A DNA stretch of 64,000 nucleotides from an uncultured beta proteobacterium (GTDB taxonomy: Bacteria; Pseudomonadota; Gammaproteobacteria; Burkholderiales; Burkholderiaceae_D). Position numbers and translations under genes: made by a program. Positions 9,647 to 22,486 of the stretch are shown in pieces (the first letter of the stretch is position 1; each line of letters opens with the position of its first letter). Location: the NCBI GenBank assembly GCA_963795885.1, contig CAWCJI010000006.1, forward strand, positions 195,474-259,473, written 5' to 3'. The notes beneath the pieces are model-generated. The model was given only the letters and a program-made list of their open reading frames with translations, was not told the DNA's origin and searched no databases.

Positions 9647-11068
9647 TCACGACGAAGCGGTCGCGTCCGGCAAACGACTGGTCGCGGGCGATCGGCCCGG
9701 CGCGCCGAAGATCACGTCGACGCGCAACCCGCCGCTGCCCGGCGGCTCGGCCAGCGCGATGCGCGCGCCATGCCGGTCCGCGATCCGCTTGACGATCGCG
9801 AGGCCGAGCCCGCTGCCGCGCGTGTCGCCGGCCGAGCGCGCCGCGTCGCCGCGATGGAAGCGGTCGAAGATGCGGTCGCGTTCGTGAGCCGCGATGCCGG
9901 GTCCGTCGTCGGTGACCGACAGCACGGCGCCGCCGTCGTGGCGTTCGGCGCGCACGTCGACGCGTCCGCCGCGCGGCGTGTAGCGCAACGCGTTGTCGAT
10001 CAGGTTGCCGAGCAGCGTGAACAGCGCGTCGCGATCGCCGTCGACGACTGCCGCCCCATCGCTCGACGCGGGTTCGAGGTCGACGCCGAGGTCGATGCCG
10101 CGCTCGTCGGCGAGGCCGGCGTACAGCTTGACGGCGTCGCGCGCGAGCTCGCCGAGGTCGACGCGGCCGGTCGACGACACGACGAGCTCCGGCTCGGCGC
10201 GAGCGAGCGCGAGCAGCTGCTCGACGAGCCGCGTGGCGCGGGCGAGGCCGGCGCGCAGCGCATCGATCGCGACCGCGCGCGCCTCGCCCGCGCCTTCGCG
10301 GCCTTCGGCGCGCTCGACGATCTGCAGCTGCAGCTGGACCGCGGTCAGCGGCGTGCGCAGCTCGTGCGCGGCGTCGGCGATGAACGCGCGCTGCGCGTCG
10401 CGCGCGGCCGCCAGGTCGGCGAGCAGCCGGTTCAGCGCGACGACGAGCGGCGCGACCTCGGCCGGCAGCGCGTCCTCGGACAGTCGCTCGAGCGCTTCGG
10501 GCCGCCGTGCGGCGACGTCGTTCGCGACGCGCCGCAGCGGCAGCAGCCCGCGTCCCACGACCCACCACAACACGAAGCCCATCACCGGCAGCAGGATCAG
10601 CAGCGGCAGGACGGTCCGCAGCGCGACCTGCGCGGCCAGCCTGCTGCGGACGCTGATCGGCTGCGCGACCTCGAGCACGAGATTGTTGTCGACGACCGAC
10701 GCGAAGACGCGCCAGCGCCCCTCCGGCGTCGACACCGTCGTCAGTCCGAGCTGCACCGGCTGCGGGAGCACGATCTCCGGATGCGAGCCGTAGACGAGGC
10801 CGCCGAAGCGGTTCCAGATACGGACGATCACGTTCTCGCCGGACCCGATCGCATCGAGCGCCTGCGGCGACATCGCGCCGTACAGCCGGACCGGGATCGA
10901 CTGCGCGATCTGCCGCAGCTGCAGGTCGAACAGGTCGTTCGCCTCGTCCTGCGCCTGTCGATAGACGATGCCGCCGGTGACGGCGATGCCGATCGCGAGC
11001 ACGGCGATCACCGACAGCAGCAGACGACGCTGGATCGACCCACGGGGTTGCGGCGAGCGCGCGCTCAT
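9647..11068 (-). CDS. QseC/PmrB-like sensor histidine kinase
   Basis: Two TM segments, FIADAAHELRTPL, NLIDNALRY, DDGPGI, FDRFHRG, GSGLGLAI. Confidence 0.93.
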   Translation of the reverse strand: MSARSPQPRGSIQRRLLLSVIAVLAIGIAVTGGIVYRQAQDEANDLFDLQLRQIAQSIPVRLYGAMSPQALDAIGSGENVIVRIWNRFGGLVYGSHPEIVLPQPVQLGLTTVSTPEGRWRVFASVVDNNLVLEVAQPISVRSRLAAQVALRTVLPLLILLPVMGFVLWWVVGRGLLPLRRVANDVAARRPEALERLSEDALPAEVAPLVVALNRLLADLAAARDAQRAFIADAAHELRTPLTAVQLQLQIVERAEGREGAGEARAVAIDALRAGLARATRLVEQLLALARAEPELVVSSTGRVDLGELARDAVKLYAGLADERGIDLGVDLEPASSDGAAVVDGDRDALFTLLGNLIDNALRYTPRGGRVDVRAERHDGGAVLSVTDDGPGIAAHERDRIFDRFHRGDAARSAGDTRGSGLGLAIVKRIADRHGARIALAEPPGSGGLRVDVIFGAPGRSPATSRLPDATASS

Positions 11069-11078
11069 CGACCCGCGC

Positions 11079-11761
11079 TCATCGACCGGAAACCGCGTAG
11101 CCGACGCCGCGCACGTTGCGGATCAGGTCGGCGCCGAGCTTGCGTCGCAAGCCGTGCACGTAGACCTCGATCGTGTTGCTGCCCGGCTCCTCGTCCCAGC
11201 CGTAGACCTTGTCCTCGAGCTGCGCGCGCGACAGCACGGTGCCGGGTCGTTCGAGCAGCGCCTCGAGCACCGCGAATTCGCGCGTCGACAACGTCACCGG
11301 CGCGTCGTCGCGCCGCACTTCGCGGCGGGCCGGGTCGAGCGTGACGACGTGCTCGCCGTACGCATGGCGGACGACGGCATCCGCACGTCCGCTGCGGCGG
11401 CGGACCAGCGCGCGGACGCGGGCCGCGAGCTCGTCGAGGTCGAACGGCTTGACGAGGTAGTCGTCGGCGCCGGCATCGAGCCCCGCGACGCGATCGGCGA
11501 CCGCGTCGCGCGCCGTCATGATCAGCACCGGCACGTCGCGACCCTTCGCGCGCAGGCCGCGCAGCACGTCGAGGCCGTCCTTCTCGGGCAGGCCGAGGTC
11601 GAGCAGCACGACGTCGTACGGGTCCTGCGCGCGACCGACCACGAGCGCGTTCTCGGCCGCGCGGCCGTCGGTGACCCAGTCGATCGCGAAGCCGTCCTGG
11701 CGCAGCCCGCCCGTACCGAGGCGCCGATCATCGCGTCGTCCTCGACGAGCAGCACGCGCAT
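11079..11761 (-). CDS. QseB/PmrA-like OmpR family response regulator, frameshift near 11712
   Basis: MRVLLVEDDAMIG then LLDLGLP, GADDYLVKPF, SNTIEVYVHGLRRKLG, NVRGVGY. Confidence 0.9.
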
Positions 11762-11766
11762 CGTCG

Positions 11767-13650
11767 TCAGCCCGACCCGTCGTCGCGCCGGTCGCCGCGC
11801 GCATGGCGCCACAGCGACTTCGCGGCGACGAGGTCCGCGGCCGTCATCGGCTCGCCGACGAAGAAGCCCTGGATCGCGTCGCAGCGCATCTGGTTCAGCG
11901 CCGCGACCTGGTCGATCCGCTCGACGCCGTCGGCCGTCACGGTCTTGCCGAGGTTGTGCGCCATCTCGACGAGGCCGGCGACGATCGTCGCGTCGAACGC
12001 GTCGATGGCCGCGCCCGCGATGAAGCTGCGATCGATCTTGATCTCGTCGATCGGCAGCGACTTCAGCGCGACGAAGCCCGCGGTGCCGACGCCGAAGTGG
12101 TCGATCGCGAGGCGCACGCCGAGCGCCGACAGCTCGGCCACCGTGTCCGCGACGAGTCGCACGTCGTCGACGAACGCGGTCTCGGCGAGCTCGAGCGTCA
12201 GCTCGTCGGGCGCGAAGCCGAAGTCGCCGAGCGCATCGGCCACCGTCTCCACGAAAGCGCGGTCGTGCAGCTGCAGCAGCGAAACGTTGACGGCGACGCC
12301 GACCCGCGCCGCGCCTTCGTCGACGAAGCGCGACGCCTCGGCCAGCGCGGTGCGCAGGACCCACTCGCCGAGCGGACGGATCATCCCGGACGTCTCCGCG
12401 AGCGGGATGAAGTCGTGCGGCGCGAGCAGCGCGCCCGACGGCGTGCGCCATCGCACGAGCGCCTCGACCGCGATCAACGCGAGCGGCAGCGGCGCGCCGG
12501 GACGTCGGGCCGACGCGTCGCCGGACAACAGCTGCGACGACAGCGACGACGCGAGCTCGAACTTCGGCTGGTAGACGACGCTGAACTGTCCGGCCGCGAG
12601 CGCCGCGCGCATCGCGACCTCGTCGGCCGGCGGATACGCGGTGCCGCTCGCGCTCGTGTCGCCGTGGCGGCGGAACTGGTTGCGTCCGCCCTGCTTCGCG
12701 CGCTTCAACGCGCCTTCGGCCTGCGACAACAGCGTGGCCGGATCGAGCGCGTCGACCGGATACACCGCGACGCCGATGCTGGCCCGCACGAACAGCGTCT
12801 GCCCGACGATGCGGGTCGGCGTGCCGAGCGCGCCGATCAGCCGGTTCGCGAGCGCGCTCGCGGCGACGCCCGGGTCGCTCCGGCCGTCGAGACGCCATGC
12901 GATCGCGAACTGGTCGCCACCGAGCCGGGCGACGACGAGGCTCGCGATCCGCTCGGCTTCCTCGACGCCGAGCGACGCGATCGGGTCCTCGCGATCGGAT
13001 GCGCGGCCCTGGATCTCGCCGGCCGCCTCGCGCAGCATCCGTTGCGATGCGAGCTTCAGCAGGCTGTCGCCGATCGATCGGCCGTGCAGGTCGTTGGCCT
13101 GCCGGAAGCGATCGAGGTCGACGATCAGCAGCGCGACCGGCGTCGGCGAGGCCGTGACCCCGCCGCGCGTCCACGTGGTCAGCCGTTCGCGCAGCGCGCG
13201 GACGTTCGCGAGCCCGGTGACGGCGTCGTGCATCGCGAGCCACTCGACGCGCTCGCGCAACTGCTCGCGTTCGCCGACGTCGCGGATCGCGACGACCGCG
13301 AAGCCATCGACCGGCAGCACGCGCGCCTCGAACGGGCGCGGGCCGCTGCCGCGGTCGTGACGGAAAGCCGCGATCTGCGCGCGCTGCGTGTCGAGGCAAC
13401 GATCGATCGCGGTCTGCCACGCCTGCCGCAACGGCTGCGGCAGTTGCTCGACGTCGGCGATGCGCCGACCGATCAGCGCGGCCTCGTCGACCGGCAGCAG
13501 CTCGGGCGGCCCGGCCGTCTCGACGACGCGGCCCGCGTGGTCGCAGCGGACGATCGCCTCGTCGAGCGCGGCGGTGATCCAGCGCGGCACCGGCGACTCG
13601 TCTTCGAGCGCCGCTGCATCGAGCCGGGACTCGGGTTGCGTTGAGTCATG
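11767..13650 (-). CDS. PAS-like/GGDEF/EAL protein with degenerate motifs (start uncertain)
   Basis: HDAVTGLAN, DLDRFRQAND, RLGGDQF, YQPK, VEALVRW, IDHFG, IKIDRSF, ADGVE, IQGF. Confidence 0.85.
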   Translation of the reverse strand, partial: HDSTQPESRLDAAALEDESPVPRWITAALDEAIVRCDHAGRVVETAGPPELLPVDEAALIGRRIADVEQLPQPLRQAWQTAIDRCLDTQRAQIAAFRHDRGSGPRPFEARVLPVDGFAVVAIRDVGEREQLRERVEWLAMHDAVTGLANVRALRERLTTWTRGGVTASPTPVALLIVDLDRFRQANDLHGRSIGDSLLKLASQRMLREAAGEIQGRASDREDPIASLGVEEAERIASLVVARLGGDQFAIAWRLDGRSDPGVAASALANRLIGALGTPTRIVGQTLFVRASIGVAVYPVDALDPATLLSQAEGALKRAKQGGRNQFRRHGDTSASGTAYPPADEVAMRAALAAGQFSVVYQPKFELASSLSSQLLSGDASARRPGAPLPLALIAVEALVRWRTPSGALLAPHDFIPLAETSGMIRPLGEWVLRTALAEASRFVDEGAARVGVAVNVSLLQLHDRAFVETVADALGDFGFAPDELTLELAETAFVDDVRLVADTVAELSALGVRLAIDHFGVGTAGFVALKSLPIDEIKIDRSFIAGAAIDAFDATIVAGLVEMAHNLGKTVTADGVERIDQVAALNQMRCDAIQGFFVGEPMTAADLVAAKSLWRHARGDRRDDGSG

Positions 13651-13684
13651 CGAACGACGAGACCGGAGGACAGGGCGAAGGTTC

Positions 13685-15482
13685 TCAGGCGGCGCGCATG
13701 CGGTCCACGAGCGCGCGGACGCGATCGGGCTCGCCGGCACCGAGGATCTTCTTCGCGAGCGACTCGCAGGCGACGACGTCGGACCGGAGGATCTCGTACT
13801 TGACCGCGAGCAGTTGCGCCGGATGCATCGAGAACTGCCGCAGGCCGAGGCCGAGCAGCAGCCGCGCGAGCATCGGATCGCCGGCCATCTCGCCGCACAC
13901 CGACACCGGCACGCCGAGCCGGTTCGACGTCGCGATGATCTGGCCGACCATCGCGAGCACGGCCGGATGCAGCGGGTCGTACAGGTGCGCGACCGCGTTG
14001 TCGGTCCGGTCGATCGCGAGCATGTACTGGATCAGGTCGTTCGTGCCGATCGAGAAGAAGTCGAGGCGCTTCGCGAACATCGGCAGGCTCAGCGCCGCCG
14101 CCGGGATCTCGATCATCCCGCCGATCGGCAGGTCGCGGTCGTACGCGACGCCGCGCGCCTCGAGCTGACCCTTCGCGGCCGCGATCAGCACGAGCGTCGC
14201 GTCGACCTCCTGCGGATGCGCGATCATCGGAATCAGCAGCTTGACCGGTCCGAACGCCGAAGCGCGCAGGATCGCGCGCAGCTGCGTGAGGAACATCTGC
14301 GGCTCGGCGAGGCAGAAGCGGATCGCGCGCAGGCCGAGCGCGGGGTTGGTCGTGTTGAAGACCGCATCGCCGAACTGCGCAGCGCGCCGCGTACGGCGTC
14401 TTGTCGGCGCCGATGTCGAGCGTGCGGATCGTCACCGAGCGACCGGTCATCGCGAGCACGACGCGCCGATAGGCGTCGAACTGTTCCTCCTCGTCGGGCA
14501 TCGAGTCGCGCGTCATGAACAGGAACTCGGTGCGGAACAGCCCGATGCCGGTCGCGCCGACCTCGTTCGCGAACGCGCAGTCGTCGGGCAACTCGATGTT
14601 CGCGTGCAGCTCGATCGGCTGGTCGTCGAGCGTGCGCGTCTGCATCCGCGCGAGGCGCTTCAGCTTCTCGTGCGCGAGCTCGAGGTCGCGCTTGCGCAGC
14701 CGGTACTCGTCGAGGACGATCGGACTCGGATCGACGATCAGGATGCCGGTCTCGCCGTCGATGATCACGCACTCGTCCTGCCGCAGCAGCCGCGACGCCT
14801 GGCCGAGGCCGACGACGGCCGGGATGTCGAGGCTCTTCGCGAGGATCGCCGTGTGCGCGGTCTGGCTGCCGAGGTCGGTGGCGAAGCCGGCGAAGACCTG
14901 CTTCTTGAACTGCAGCATGTCGGCCGGCGCGATGTCGTGCGCGATGACGACCATCGGCTCGAAGTCGTCCTTGCCGCCGTTCTGGCCGTTGTTCTTGCGA
15001 GCGGCGTCGGCCTCCGCGGCGATGATCGACAGCGAGTTGGCGCTGCCGGTCAGCACCTTCAGCACGCGTTCGACGACCTGCTCGACGTCCGCGCGGCGCG
15101 ACGCGATGTACTCGTCGTCCATCTCGCCGAACTGCTCGACGACCGCCTGCAGCTGCGTCGTCAGCGCCCACTCGGCGTTGTAGCGGCGCTCGCGGATCAG
15201 CCGGACCGGCTCCTCGGACAGCAGCGGGTCCTGCAGGATCAGCCGATGCAGGTCGACCAGCGCGGCGAACTCGGCCGGCGCGCCCGCCGGCAACTCGGAC
15301 TGCAGTTGATAGAGCTCGTTGACGACGGTCGCGATCGCCTCGTCGAGCCGCGCGACCTCGCTGTCGATCTCGCGGGCCACGACGAGATAGTGCGGGACCT
15401 CGAGGGCCGCCGACGCGAGCAGGTGCACGCGGCCGATGACGATACCGCGCGAGACTGGGATCCCGTGCAGCGTGAACGCCAT
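13685..15482 (-). CDS. ptsI: PEP-protein phosphotransferase (PTS enzyme I), frameshift near 14380
   Basis: GSQTAHTAILA phospho-His motif, GIGLFRTEFL, RTLDIGADK, SIGTNDL, CGEMAGDP. Confidence 0.93.
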
Positions 15483-15500
15483 GTGGGGTCTAGGGCCTGT

Positions 15501-15782
15501 TCATGGGAACAGGCATTCCGCTTCGCCGAACTTGTCGTCGATCAGCGTCGCGACCGCGTCGAGCGCCTCGGCGTCGTCGGGACCGATCGTCTCGATCGTG
15601 ACGGTCGAGCCCTTGCCGGCCGCGAGCATCATCACGCCCATGATGCTTTTCGCGTTGACGCGTCGCCCGGCGCGGCTCATCCAGACCTCGCTCGTGAACG
15701 TCGATGCCAGTTGCGTGAGCTTCGCGGACGCACGCGCATGGAGGCCGAGCTTGTTGCTGATCTTGCAGTCGCGCTGGGCCAT
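15501..15782 (-). CDS. ptsH: HPr family phosphocarrier
   Basis: NKLGLHARAS (His15), VNAKSIMGVMML (Ser46). Confidence 0.95.
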   Translation of the reverse strand: MAQRDCKISNKLGLHARASAKLTQLASTFTSEVWMSRAGRRVNAKSIMGVMMLAAGKGSTVTIETIGPDDAEALDAVATLIDDKFGEAECLFP

Positions 15783-15787
15783 GGCCG

Positions 15788-16245
15788 TCACGATTCGGGA
15801 TCGTCGCAGCCGCGGCGCCGGGTGACGAGCAACGGATCCTGCGACGGGGTGGGGGCGATTTTGATGATACCCGACGTGCCTCCGGCCAATGCCTTGTCCG
15901 GCAGGTCCGCGAGCGTCGTGCCCTGGCGATAGCAGAGCACGCGTAGCAGCATCGGCAGGTTGACGCCCGCGACGACCTCGACACGACCCGGGGTCCGCGA
16001 GTGCCGCGGCGACGTTGCCCGGCGTCGCGCCGAACAGGTCGCACAGCACCAGCACGCCGGCGCCGTCGTCGACCTCGGCGACCGCGCGCCGCGCACGCTC
16101 GATCTCGGCCGCCACGTCGGCGTCGGGCAGCACGTCGACGATCAGGCAGCGAACCGGCCGGACACGCGTAGACGTGCCGCGCGCAATCGAGCAGCGACTG
16201 CCCGAACGGCGCGTGCGCGACGACGACGAGGCCGACCGTCGCCAT
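15788..16245 (-). CDS. PTS EIIA-Man/Fru family component, two frameshifts
   Basis: VVVAHAP, LCDLFGATPGN, AGVNLPMLLR distributed over three frames. Confidence 0.85.
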
Positions 16246-16246
16246 G

Positions 16247-17210
16247 TCAGGCCGTGCCCGGCGATGCGGTCGCGGCCCGCTCGAGCGCGTCGACGAACAC
16301 GGCGGCGACGTCGAAGCCGACGCCCTGGAAGATCTCGGCGAAGCAGGTCGGGCTCGTCACGTTGACCTCGGTCAGATAGTCGCCGATCGAGTCGACACCG
16401 ATCAGCAGCAGCCCGCGCTGCGCGAGCTTCGCGCCCACCGCCTCGCCGATCTCGCGGTCGCGGGCCGACAGCGGCTGTGCACGACCACGGCCGCCGGCCG
16501 CGAGGTTGCCGCGCACCTCGCCGCCCTGCGGAATGCGCGCGAGCGCGTAAGGCACCGGCTCGCCGTCGATGACGAGGATGCGCTTGTCGCCGTCGACGAT
16601 CGCCGGGATGTACTTCTGCGCCATGATCGTCCGCTGCTCGGCACCGCCGAGCATCTCGATCATCGAGCCGAGGTTCATGCCGTCGGCGGTGACGCGGAAG
16701 ATGCCCATGCCGCCCATCCCGTCGAGCGGCTTCAGGATGATGTCGCGATGCTCGCGATGGAACTCGCGGATGCGCTCGCCGTCGCGCGTGACGACGGTCG
16801 GCGCGATCAGCTCGCGGAAACTCGGCGATCGCGAACTTCTCGTTGTGGTCGCGGATCGCGCGGCCGCTGTTGAAGACCTTCGCGCCCTGCGCCTCGGCAT
16901 GCTGAAGGAGATACGTCGAGTAGACGTACTCCATGTCGAACGGCGGGTCCTTGCGCATCACGACCGCGTCGAAGTCGCGCAGCGCGACGATCTCGGACTC
17001 GCCGAGCGCATGCCAGAGGTCGCCGTCCTTCGTCAGCGTCAGCGGCCACGTCTTCGCCTCGACGATGCCGCTCGCCGTGCGCGCGACGTCGCGTTGGTCG
17101 ATGTACGCGAGCGTGTGGCCGCGACGATCGGCCTCGACCATCATCGCGTAGGTCGAGTCCTTGTAGATCTTGAACGTCGCCAGCGGATCGGCGATGAAGG
17201 CGATGTGCAT
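16247..17210 (-). CDS. gshB: Glutathione synthetase, frameshift near 16817
   Basis: [53 protein letters not shown]. Confidence 0.93.
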
Positions 17211-17248
17211 GTCGATGCGCGGCCCGCCGGGCCGTCGCCGGTTCGCGA

Positions 17249-18601
17249 TCAGGCCGCTTCGGCGGCGGGGTCGGTGCGCTCGAGTTCCAGCGACGCGGCC
17301 AGCAACGCGAGCCTCGCGACGACGCCGTACGCGTAGAAGCGGTTCGGCGCCGCCTGCGGACGCTGGCCCGGATCGGGGAAGTTGCAGCTCGACGCGAACG
17401 GCAGCGGCACGAACTGCGCGCCCGGCGCGTTCAGGTTCTCGTCGTTCGCGCGGCTCGTGTTGACGCGGTAGAAGCCGCCGATCACGTAGCGGTCGATCAT
17501 GTAGACGACCGGCTCGGCGGTGCCGGACTCGATCGAACCCGCGAGCCCCTCCGCGAGCTTCTCGCTCGACCGCTCGCCGACCGGCACGCGCTCATGCGTG
17601 TGCACGCCTTCCTGGATGATCAGCTCCGAGACCTCGAGGCCATCCTTGACGACGCTCATCTTGTTGCGCGTCTTGCGGTTCATGTTGCGGACCTCGGACG
17701 GGTCCTTGACGCTCATCACGCCCATGCCGTACGTGCCGGCATCGGCCTTGACGATCGCGTACGGCGTCTCGGCGATCCCGTACTCCTTGTACTTGCGGCG
17801 GATCTTCGTGAGCAGCACGTCGACGCGATGCGCGAGGTCTTCCTCGCTCGCCGGGTCGCCGAACACGACGTTGCTCGCGCCCTCGAAGTACGGGTTGATC
17901 ATCCACGGGTCGATGTCGAGCAGCTTGCCGAAGCGCTTCGCGACGTCGTCGTAGGCCGCGAAGTGGCGCGTCTTGCGACGCACCGCCCAGCCCGCATGCA
18001 ACGGCGGCAGCACGAACTGCTCGTGCACGTCGCGCAGCACGTCGGGGATGCCGGCCGACAGGTCGTTGTTGAGCAGGACCGCGCACGGATCGAAGTTGAC
18101 GAGGCCCACGCGGCGACCGTTCGGGCCGACGCGCCGCACCGGCTCGATCGGGAACGTGTGGTCGGCATCGAGCTCGATCGTCGTCGGCTCGGTGATCTCG
18201 GGATTCAGCGAACCGAGCCGCACGTCGAGTCCGGTCTGGCGCAGGATCGCCGCGAGCCGCGCGACGTTCTGCAGATAGAAGCGGTTGCGCGTGTGGTTCT
18301 CGGGGATCAGCAGCAGTCCGCGCGCGTCGGGGCAGATCTTCTCGATCGCGGCCATCGCGGCCTGCACCGCGAGCGGCATGACCTCGGGCGCGAGATTGTT
18401 GAAGCCGCCCGGATAGAGATTCGTGTCGACCGGCGCGATCTTGAAGCCGGCGTTGCGAAGGTCGACCGAACAGTAGAACGGCGGCGTGTGCTCCTGCCAC
18501 TCGAGCCGGAACCAGCGCTCGATCGCCGGCGTCGCGTCGAGCATGCGCCGCTCGAGGTCGGCGAGCGGACCGGACAACGCGGTGACGAGATGAGGAACCA
18601 T
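17249..18601 (-). CDS. gshA: Glutamate--cysteine ligase (betaproteobacterial type)
   Basis: MVPHLVTAL, PFYCSVDLRNAGFK, KADAGTYGMG, ENLNAPG; adjacent to gshB. Confidence 0.93.
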   Translation of the reverse strand: MVPHLVTALSGPLADLERRMLDATPAIERWFRLEWQEHTPPFYCSVDLRNAGFKIAPVDTNLYPGGFNNLAPEVMPLAVQAAMAAIEKICPDARGLLLIPENHTRNRFYLQNVARLAAILRQTGLDVRLGSLNPEITEPTTIELDADHTFPIEPVRRVGPNGRRVGLVNFDPCAVLLNNDLSAGIPDVLRDVHEQFVLPPLHAGWAVRRKTRHFAAYDDVAKRFGKLLDIDPWMINPYFEGASNVVFGDPASEEDLAHRVDVLLTKIRRKYKEYGIAETPYAIVKADAGTYGMGVMSVKDPSEVRNMNRKTRNKMSVVKDGLEVSELIIQEGVHTHERVPVGERSSEKLAEGLAGSIESGTAEPVVYMIDRYVIGGFYRVNTSRANDENLNAPGAQFVPLPFASSCNFPDPGQRPQAAPNRFYAYGVVARLALLAASLELERTDPAAEAA

Positions 18602-18783
18602 GGAGGGAGCCGCGTTCGAGGGACGGTCTTGACGCCGCTTCGATCAGGTCGCGAATTGTAATGGGATTTCAAGAGGGGGCCGGGACAACCCCACCGCAGG
18701 CTCCGACATCCGGAACGACGTCGGTCTGCAGCGCCGGCGCCGGCTCGCGACGCGGGTCGTCGAGCCGGTCGGAGGACGCGGGC

Positions 18784-20277
18784 TTACGGGTGGTACGCCG
18801 ACTCGCCGTGCGACGAGATGTCGAGGCCCTCGCGCTCTTCTTCCTCGGTCACGCGCAGGCCGATCGCGATGTTGACGACGACGTACGAGAGCGCGGCGAC
18901 GATCGACGACCAGACGAGCGTGACGCCGACGCCGGTGGCCTGCACGAGGAACTGCTCGCCGATCGAATAGGTGGGCGCGGCGCGGTTCGTCACGTAGTCG
19001 AAGATGCCCTGGCCACCGAGACCCGGTGCCGCCAGCACGCCGGTCAGCAGCGCCCCGAGGATGCCGCCGGTGCCGTGCACGCCGAACACGTCGAGCGCGT
19101 CGTCGGCGCCGAGCAGCTTCTTCAGTCCCGACACGCCCCACAGGCACACGACGCCCGCGAGCAGGCCGAGCACCAGCGCGCCGACCGGTCCGACGTAGCC
19201 GCACGCCGGCGTCACCGCGACGAGCCCCGCGACCGCACCGGACGCGGCGCCGAGCATCGACGGCTTGCCCTTCAGCACCCATTCGGCGCCGGTCCACGAC
19301 AGCACCGCGCCCGCGGTCGCGACCAGCGTGTTGACGAACGCGAGGGCCGCGATGTCGCCGGCCTCGAGCGCGGAGCCCGCGTTGAAGCCGAACCAGCCGA
19401 CCCATAGCAGCGACGCGCCGATCATCGTCATCGTCAGGCTGTGCGGCGCCATCGACTCGCGGCCGAGGCCGGTCCGCTTGCCGACGAAGTACGCGCCGAT
19501 CAGGCCCGCGATGCCGGCGTTGATGTGGACGACCGTGCCGCCCGCGAAGTCGAGCGCGCCCTTCTGCCACATGAAGCCGCCCTTCGCCGTCTCCGATGCG
19601 AGCGTCGCCGCGTTCGTGATGCCGTCGGGCCCCGGCCAGTACCACACCATGTGCGCGATCGGGATGTACGCGAACGTGAACCACAGCACCGAGAACAGCA
19701 GCACGGCCGAGAACTTCATCCGCTCGGCGAACGCGCCGACGACGAGGCCGACGGTGATCGCGGCGAACGTCGCCTCGAACGCGACGTAGATGTATTCGGG
19801 CAGCACGACGCCCTTGCTGAACGTGGCGGCGGTCGCGAACGTCCCCTTCTGGAAGTCGAAGATGCCCTTCAGGAACATGCGGTCCGTGCCGCCGATGAAC
19901 GCGTTGCCTTCGGTGAACGCGAAGCTGTAGCCGTAGATCATCCACAGTACGACGATCAACGAGAAGATCACGAAGACCTGCATCAGGATCGACAGCATGT
20001 TCTTCGAGCGCACGAGGCCGCCGTAGAACAGCGCGAGTCCGGGGATCGTCATCAGGATCACGAACGCGGTCGCGACGATCATCCATGCCGTGTCGCCCTT
20101 GTTCGGCGTCGGCGCGGCGGCAGCGGCGGCCGACGGCTGCTGCACGCCGCCGGGTTCGGCCGAGGCCTGCGCGAGCAGCACCGGCGCGGCGGCGGAAGTG
20201 TCGGGACCGACGGTCGCCGCGTGACCCGCGCAGGCGAGCACGAGCCAGGCCACCAGCGCCATCGCAATCTTTCTCAT
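18784..20277 (-). CDS. amtB: Ammonium transporter
   Basis: GLALFYGG, AERMKF, DFAGGTVVH, WFGFNAGS, DDALDVFGVHG, HGESAY. Confidence 0.96.
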   Translation of the reverse strand: MRKIAMALVAWLVLACAGHAATVGPDTSAAAPVLLAQASAEPGGVQQPSAAAAAAPTPNKGDTAWMIVATAFVILMTIPGLALFYGGLVRSKNMLSILMQVFVIFSLIVVLWMIYGYSFAFTEGNAFIGGTDRMFLKGIFDFQKGTFATAATFSKGVVLPEYIYVAFEATFAAITVGLVVGAFAERMKFSAVLLFSVLWFTFAYIPIAHMVWYWPGPDGITNAATLASETAKGGFMWQKGALDFAGGTVVHINAGIAGLIGAYFVGKRTGLGRESMAPHSLTMTMIGASLLWVGWFGFNAGSALEAGDIAALAFVNTLVATAGAVLSWTGAEWVLKGKPSMLGAASGAVAGLVAVTPACGYVGPVGALVLGLLAGVVCLWGVSGLKKLLGADDALDVFGVHGTGGILGALLTGVLAAPGLGGQGIFDYVTNRAAPTYSIGEQFLVQATGVGVTLVWSSIVAALSYVVVNIAIGLRVTEEEEREGLDISSHGESAYHP

Positions 20278-20299
20278 CGGGGCTCCCTGTCCCTGCGAT

Positions 20300-22473
<2,174 letters not shown>

Positions 22474-22486
22474 GCGAGGACGCTGG

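Noticed and set aside
9502-9711. Minus-strand open frame encoding PAPNHAKVVKPAPVRNASVAASSSATTVKNCRHTPAAIP with coding-like codons
   Set aside because: No suitable start upstream of the coding-like part; most likely a frameshifted low-complexity tail of the kinase, or chance.
9377-13644. Very long plus-strand ORFs (9377-11344, 11518-13644) and similar ones such as 39245-42193, 29052-31007 and 56020-58170
   Set aside because: Antisense shadows of well-supported opposite-strand genes; expected in high-GC3 DNA and lacking motifs.
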